The notes beneath the pieces were generated by a model that ran no database searches, was not told the origin of the DNA, and was given only the letters and a program-made list of their open reading frames with translations. A stretch of 64,000 nucleotides of DNA, from positions 9,376 through 73,375 of the IMG/VR virus record IMGVR_UViG_2905639403_000004. One strand, given 5' to 3'. Position numbers and translations under genes: made by a program. The DNA comes from a virus (taxonomy: Duplodnaviria > Caudoviricetes). This document shows positions 59,661 to 64,000 of the stretch, piece after piece (the first letter of the stretch is position 1; every line of letters begins with the position of its first letter).

Positions 59661-61391
59661 TTAAATCAGCGTCTGATATTCTTCTTGATTATTCTCAAAA
59701 ACAACATAAGCATCGAGTAAAGAAGCCATCCCATCAATTCGCTTGCGCTTGTTTTTTCCCTTGTCAGGTTGGATATTTCCATTTCTGTCAGTCACAATCG
59801 TCGTGTTAGACAGACACCATTTCAAGATTGGATTGTTGTTATAGACAATTCGCTTTGAACGAAGATCTGCACCAAGTGAATGCATGGGACTTGATAACTT
59901 CTTCACCCCTTGCGGAATTGCATCAAAAGTCTTTTCACCATATCGGGATTCAAGATCCTTGACGAAGTATGTGGCTGACCAGGCGTCATAACCGCCTTTG
60001 AACAGGTAAATATCATATTCTTGTTCAAGCTCCTCAAACCAGTCCATGATGTCACGATAATAGACTTTATTACCTTGGCTCGTCCTCAATAATCCTTGAT
60101 CTCGCCACGTGGCATAAGGAATGTTGTCCTCCTGTGCGCGCTGCTCAAGAGTGTCTTCCGGCAGCCAGTACATTTGCTTAACGTAGATGTGATCATCATT
60201 AGGTATCTGGAAGATGACAGTTGCACAAGTCAAGTCAGTCGTCTGCGATAAGTCAGCGCCAGCAATGCCATATCGCGGCTTGAGTTTGAGTGTGTCAAAC
60301 GTGGCCTCGTTATTCAGTTCATCAAAGGTCAGCCACGACTCAGTCGCTGTCTCACGGATATTAAAATCCTTGCAGACTAGGTTTTTAACCAGTCGGTGAT
60401 TTGCCTTGGCTTTTTCGACACGTTCAGCCAATGTGGTCTTATTTTTGATCGTGCCAAGTCCAGGGTTTGCCTTGACCCAGCATTTCTCATCACGCCATTC
60501 CGCACGTTTGTCGAGTTCGTAGATGAAGAACAATGAACGTTCATCCCTGTAACCTTCGGGTTGATCATATCCTGCAATCGTCATCTCAGCGTCGTCGTAG
60601 ATCTGATCATAAATATCTTCGCGGATCGTGCCAGCGGTGGATGTGATGAAAATCAGTGGTTGATCCCGTGCAGTGATCCCATCGGCCATGATGTTGTAAA
60701 GTGGCTCACCGTTCTTCCACTGGTGAATTTCGTCCATCAGGATGCAAGAAGAATTGAGGCCGTCAAGCGTATCGCTGTCAGATGACAGAGGCTTGAAGAC
60801 GCCGTCGTTGTAATCTTCTGAAGACAGATCAGCCACATGCGTTTTGATTCGCTTAGCCAAAGTCGGAGATTTTCTGACCATGCGCTTGGCTTCATTCCAA
60901 ATGATCTTCGCCTGATCCTTCTTCGTAGCCACCGCGTACACTTCAGGCCCAGCCTCACCATCGGCAATCTGCATGTACAACCCAACAGCGGAACCGAGCA
61001 GCGACTTCCCGTTCTTCTTACCAACAATCAGGACAACCCGCTGATACTTTCGGAAACCCGCACCATCAACGAATCCAAAAGACGCTGCCAACAGTGCTTT
61101 CTCCCATAGTTCTAGGACAATGTGCTTCCCGCCTGCTGGTCCCTTGCTGTGACGGCAATAGTTCTCGATAAATTCAAGCACGTGATTACCACGACGATTT
61201 GAGTAGTACCATTCACTATTGTCATTGTGCATGTCTGCGATGAGCTTCTTGTACGTGCGGTAGATTTTCTTGCCGACAACTTGATCACCACCATTCTGCA
61301 CAAACGATTGCCAGTATTGAGTAATTGGATCGTAATCAGGTGGATAACTGACATGTCGATCGACACGAGTCTTAATCTGAATGTCAGCCAT
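59661..61391 (-). CDS. Terminase large subunit
   Basis: GKKNGKS, MDEIH, DLS..DLT, RIDG. Confidence 0.95.
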   Translation of the reverse strand: MADIQIKTRVDRHVSYPPDYDPITQYWQSFVQNGGDQVVGKKIYRTYKKLIADMHNDNSEWYYSNRRGNHVLEFIENYCRHSKGPAGGKHIVLELWEKALLAASFGFVDGAGFRKYQRVVLIVGKKNGKSLLGSAVGLYMQIADGEAGPEVYAVATKKDQAKIIWNEAKRMVRKSPTLAKRIKTHVADLSSEDYNDGVFKPLSSDSDTLDGLNSSCILMDEIHQWKNGEPLYNIMADGITARDQPLIFITSTAGTIREDIYDQIYDDAEMTIAGYDQPEGYRDERSLFFIYELDKRAEWRDEKCWVKANPGLGTIKNKTTLAERVEKAKANHRLVKNLVCKDFNIRETATESWLTFDELNNEATFDTLKLKPRYGIAGADLSQTTDLTCATVIFQIPNDDHIYVKQMYWLPEDTLEQRAQEDNIPYATWRDQGLLRTSQGNKVYYRDIMDWFEELEQEYDIYLFKGGYDAWSATYFVKDLESRYGEKTFDAIPQGVKKLSSPMHSLGADLRSKRIVYNNNPILKWCLSNTTIVTDRNGNIQPDKGKNKRKRIDGMASLLDAYVVFENNQEEYQTLI

Positions 61392-61393
61392 TG

Positions 61394-61789
61394 CTATTCG
61401 CCTCGCTCCTCAACAAAGTCGTCAAAATCGTCGCTCTCTTTGTTGGGATCGGCAGGCATGATTGCGGATTCTCTCGGTAGCAAACTGATTAACTTATCCA
61501 TCGCGGCAGTGTATCGATTGATCATCGTGTTGTATGATTTCTGGGCGGGATTCTCAACACGCATCGTCTGCTTCCCATTGTGCATGAGAATCGTTGGCCC
61601 TTTAGATTTGACTTCATCTTCCAAGATTTGAAGCGTGATGGTCATAAATGCACATCTTTGGATCAAGTTATCGGCCGCTGCCAACTTCTCCGCTGAGATA
61701 CCGGATAACGTTTGACGCAACCGCTCATATTCGAGCTGAATGGCTACATCCTGCTTTTCAATCGACATTTTTCGGCTCAATTTCGTCAT
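61394..61789 (-). CDS. Terminase small subunit
   Basis: ENPA motif, upstream of terL. Confidence 0.8.
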   Translation of the reverse strand: MTKLSRKMSIEKQDVAIQLEYERLRQTLSGISAEKLAAADNLIQRCAFMTITLQILEDEVKSKGPTILMHNGKQTMRVENPAQKSYNTMINRYTAAMDKLISLLPRESAIMPADPNKESDDFDDFVEERGE

Positions 61790-61837
61790 CCCCTTAAATT
61801 TGTTATCCCCCCCTCATACGAAAAAACAACCTGTGTA

Positions 61838-62227
61838 TTATTCGTGTGTTGCATGCCGTTCCTTTTTAAGCAGCTGCTTATGGCTTCGTAGGGGGGACCG
61901 ACTAACTGGTACTAACTGACCATGAGCATCAAACATAACGTCAGAACGAACAGCTGCCGTCTTCTCAAAGTGTTCCTCTTGGTGACAATCGAAGCAAAGA
62001 TACTCTAAGTTGTTCCAGTTAAGCGTGATGCTTGGGTCATTGATGTTGTCTGCTGTAATGTAGTGCTTGTGGTGGACGATGTAGCCGGGCTTGATGATAC
62101 CTCGCTTCAAGCAGCGCTCACACAATCCACCAACACTGGCAATGTAGGCAGCACGTGTTTTCTTCCACTCTTTACTGTGATAGAACGGCTCGCTGATCTC
62201 TCGTGGTACCATGGCCATCATATCCAC
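61838..62227 (-). CDS. Packaging-associated HNH endonuclease
   Basis: FYHSKEWK, CERC, VHH, NLEYLC..CH. Confidence 0.9.
   Translation of the reverse strand: MDMMAMVPREISEPFYHSKEWKKTRAAYIASVGGLCERCLKRGIIKPGYIVHHKHYITADNINDPSITLNWNNLEYLCFDCHQEEHFEKTAAVRSDVMFDAHGQLVPVSRSPLRSHKQLLKKERHATHE
61849..61858 (-). other. Candidate cos site CGGCATGCAA
   Basis: GC-rich near-palindrome between HNH and terS, flanked by G/C tracts; position typical of cos. Confidence 0.4.
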
Positions 62228-62276
62228 CTCCCAATGACATAGTAAAAGGACGACCGTTTGGCCGTCCTTCCATCAA

Positions 62277-62378
62277 TCATATTGTTAATATAACTAGCTT
62301 GTCGGCCGTCTCTCGTCTGGTAAAGCCTTCAGAGGCGAGCTTCCTAATGCCACTGATTTGTTCATCTGTCCATTGCAT
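62277..62378 (-). pseudogene. 33-codon remnant of the HTH-metallophosphoesterase gene
   Basis: MQWTDEQISGIRKLASEGFTRRETADKL nearly identical to start of 13006-14223, then stop. Confidence 0.8.
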
Positions 62379-62404
62379 CTACTCGCCTCCTAAAATATAA
62401 TGTC

Positions 62405-62492
62405 TGTGAGCAGTTTAGCGATTCTGCTCATGTTCTCCAAAAAGAACTTCCCGAGTTCTTAAGCCCTCGGATTCGTCCCCGAGAGCTTTTTT
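62405..62492 (+). ncRNA. Putative sRNA P2-1
   Basis: TTGCAT-17-TATAAT; hairpin TGAGCAG/CTGCTCA; CATGTTCTCC; same terminator family; body unrelated to P1-1. Confidence 0.6.
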
Positions 62493-62527
62493 GTTGCTTA
62501 AAAAATTTCGATGAGTTAAAATTAAAT

Positions 62528-62606
62528 TGTTCCCAACAGATACTCATTTTCACTCCTCGGTAATACCCTATCTTTAAGCTCTCGGCCCCCAACCGAGGGC
62601 TTTTTT
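62528..62606 (+). ncRNA. Putative sRNA P2-2 (homologue of P1-2)
   Basis: TTGCTT-17-TAAAAT; identical ATACTCATTTTCACTCCTCGGTA and terminator. Confidence 0.65.
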
Positions 62607-62641
62607 AGTATCCTTATACAAGGAATGTGCTATTATGTATA

Positions 62642-62745
62642 GCGTGAGCAGTGGCTTTTCTCCTCCAAGTCAATCGCTACTGTTCACACATATGTTTCGT
62701 TTTTTCATCCTTTTGGCCCTTGGACTGGTCTCTGAGGGCTTTTTT
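62642..62745 (+). ncRNA. Putative sRNA P2-3 (homologue of P1-3)
   Basis: TGcTATTAT; conserved TTTCTCCTCCAAGTCAATCGCT and TTTCGTTTTTTCATCC; identical terminator. Confidence 0.65.
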
Positions 62746-62799
62746 GTTGCACTTTGTTCAAGCTTATATGATAATTGATGTTAAAAGGAGGTAATATCT

Positions 62800-63018
62800 A
62801 TGAGTTTAGATGGTAAAGTCGACAGCACCAAGGACAAGATCTCCGGTAAAGCAAAAGAAGTTGAAGGTAAAGTAACGGGTGATAAGGCTCGCGAAACACA
62901 GGGCAAAGCAGAAGGCATACTTGGTAAAGCCAAGGAAAAGCTTGATGATGCCAAAGATGCTGTTAAAGACACAGTAGATGATGTTAAAAACAAGCTCAGC
63001 ACAGATAAAAAAGACTAA
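62800..63018 (+). CDS. csbD: CsbD-family stress protein (moron)
   Basis: KDKISGKAKEVEGKVTGD..QGKAE; AAGGAGG RBS; own promoter and terminator. Confidence 0.9.
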   Translation: MSLDGKVDSTKDKISGKAKEVEGKVTGDKARETQGKAEGILGKAKEKLDDAKDAVKDTVDDVKNKLSTDKKD

Positions 63019-63122
63019 TTAACTGGCCGGCAAAGTGTCGGCTTTTTTGTCGCTTTTTTAAACCTGTACAAATCCGGTACAAGAGCTTTACGTATTTGAT
63101 AAACTCATCTGCTATACTGATC

Positions 63123-63199
63123 GTGCAAGGCAAGCCACCCTTGCAATCACATTTACTTCCCTCATGTATGCCTTCAGCCTGGGTAGCTGGAGGTTTTTT
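63123..63199 (+). ncRNA. Putative sRNA P2-4
   Basis: TGcTATACT at 63110-63118; hairpin TGCAAGG/CCTTGCA; CATTTACTTCCCTC; terminator GCCTTCAGC..GCTGGAGGT-T. Confidence 0.6.
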
Positions 63200-63288
63200 G
63201 TTGTATAAAAATAGCACCTCACCGTTTGGCGAAGTGCATATATTGGTTTGGTGACAAATGTCGAATACAACCGACTGTAGCTTATTAA

Positions 63289-63414
63289 TCAAGCAGTTGT
63301 TGCAGTTGGACCTTTTTCTTTTTGCTTCTTCTTTTCCTTCTGCTTCTTTAACTTGTCCTTCAGGTCTTTATATATATCGCGTGGTGTTGGCAACTTGAAC
63401 ACGTAAACAACCAT
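63289..63414 (-). CDS. Small lysine-rich peptide (41 aa)
   Basis: Read manually: MVVYVFKLPTPRDIYKDLKDKLKKQKEKKKQKEKGPTATTA; GAGGTG RBS. Confidence 0.5.
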   Translation of the reverse strand: MVVYVFKLPTPRDIYKDLKDKLKKQKEKKKQKEKGPTATTA

Positions 63415-63540
63415 ATTAATCACCTCTTTAGAAAAAAGCATAAGACAAATCTAAAGATATTACATCGGTCTTGCGAACGTTTCAGGCTTACTGATTATTC
63501 CATGAAGAGGAAAAACGCGATTCTTAGGTTTCTCACCTTT

Positions 63541-63606
63541 GGCACAATACCATCATATGACGGAAATACGGTCGGTTGTTCCCAACTTATTCCCAACATT
63601 TTCCCA
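63541..63606 (-). promoter_or_regulatory. ArpU-dependent late promoter with direct repeats
   Basis: GTTGGGAA x2 plus TGGGAA upstream of same TATGAT core as prophage 1. Confidence 0.6.
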
Positions 63607-63607
63607 C

Positions 63608-64000
63608 CTAGGTTTTGTGGGGTTGCTCAACTAACTCACACCAATCAGCAAATGCTAATAGTGCTTCCTTGAAGTCTCTATAATAAGCAGATTTGCTCAA
63701 ATGTAGTTCCTCAGCTATCAGCCACCATGGCTTACGTTGATCTAGGGAAACGAGGTAGGTTTCGGTTAAAATAATTCTGTATTTTTCTAACTCGACTGAT
63801 CTAATAGCTTTTTCACAGCAAGCTACATATCGAAGCTCGTCAGCGTGCGATACGAGCTTTTCCTCAGCTTTGTTGCCATAGCTAGGTGACTTGGGCATGC
63901 CGTCCATCACGGGGCTTCTGAGCGCTATTTTGGTGCGTTGAGCGAGCCGCTTGTGATGCCAGTAGTTCCCCAAGACCTCTTTGGCGTTTTCAATTGTTTT
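63608..64000 (-). CDS. ArpU-family late activator (5' end outside window)
   Basis: N-terminal half identical to 15725-16162. Confidence 0.9.
   Translation of the reverse strand, partial: KTIENAKEVLGNYWHHKRLAQRTKIALRSPVMDGMPKSPSYGNKAEEKLVSHADELRYVACCEKAIRSVELEKYRIILTETYLVSLDQRKPWWLIAEELHLSKSAYYRDFKEALLAFADWCELVEQPHKT

Larger units (their letters stand above)
31571..64000 (-). mobile_element. Prophage 2 (cos-type siphovirus, early region outside window)
   Basis: Lysis, tail, head, terminase, HNH and ArpU modules. Confidence 0.95.

Overview
Lactobacillus-type (probably Lacticaseibacillus casei/paracasei group, inferred from phage gene content) chromosome segment made almost entirely of mobile DNA. 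Two siphovirus prophages lie in tandem, both mainly on the minus strand. Prophage 1 (<1-~31584) runs from tape measure through head, packaging, late control, replication and lysogeny to the integrase; its primase gene carries an in-frame amber stop. Prophage 2 (~31571->64000) runs from its lysis end through tail, head and packaging to ArpU. They meet at a duplicated tRNA 3'-end att core. The lysis end of prophage 2 is an accessory hotspot: an unknown gene plus HTH-IrrE pair, and an 8.7 kb integrative element (integrase, Xis, HUH Rep, FtsK) carrying an Abi, an EcoRI-family methyltransferase and a DUF262-HNH nuclease. The most striking unexplained structure is non-coding. Both prophages carry, antisense to the late operon, a tandem array of self-contained promoter/small RNA/terminator cassettes with related terminator hairpins, swappable contents and CU-rich anti-RBS/anti-start-codon segments; prophage 1 has a second such array. 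Prophage 2 also appears to add a short homologous peptide to both capsid and tail by -1 frameshifting, next to a free-standing partial Ig-like domain.
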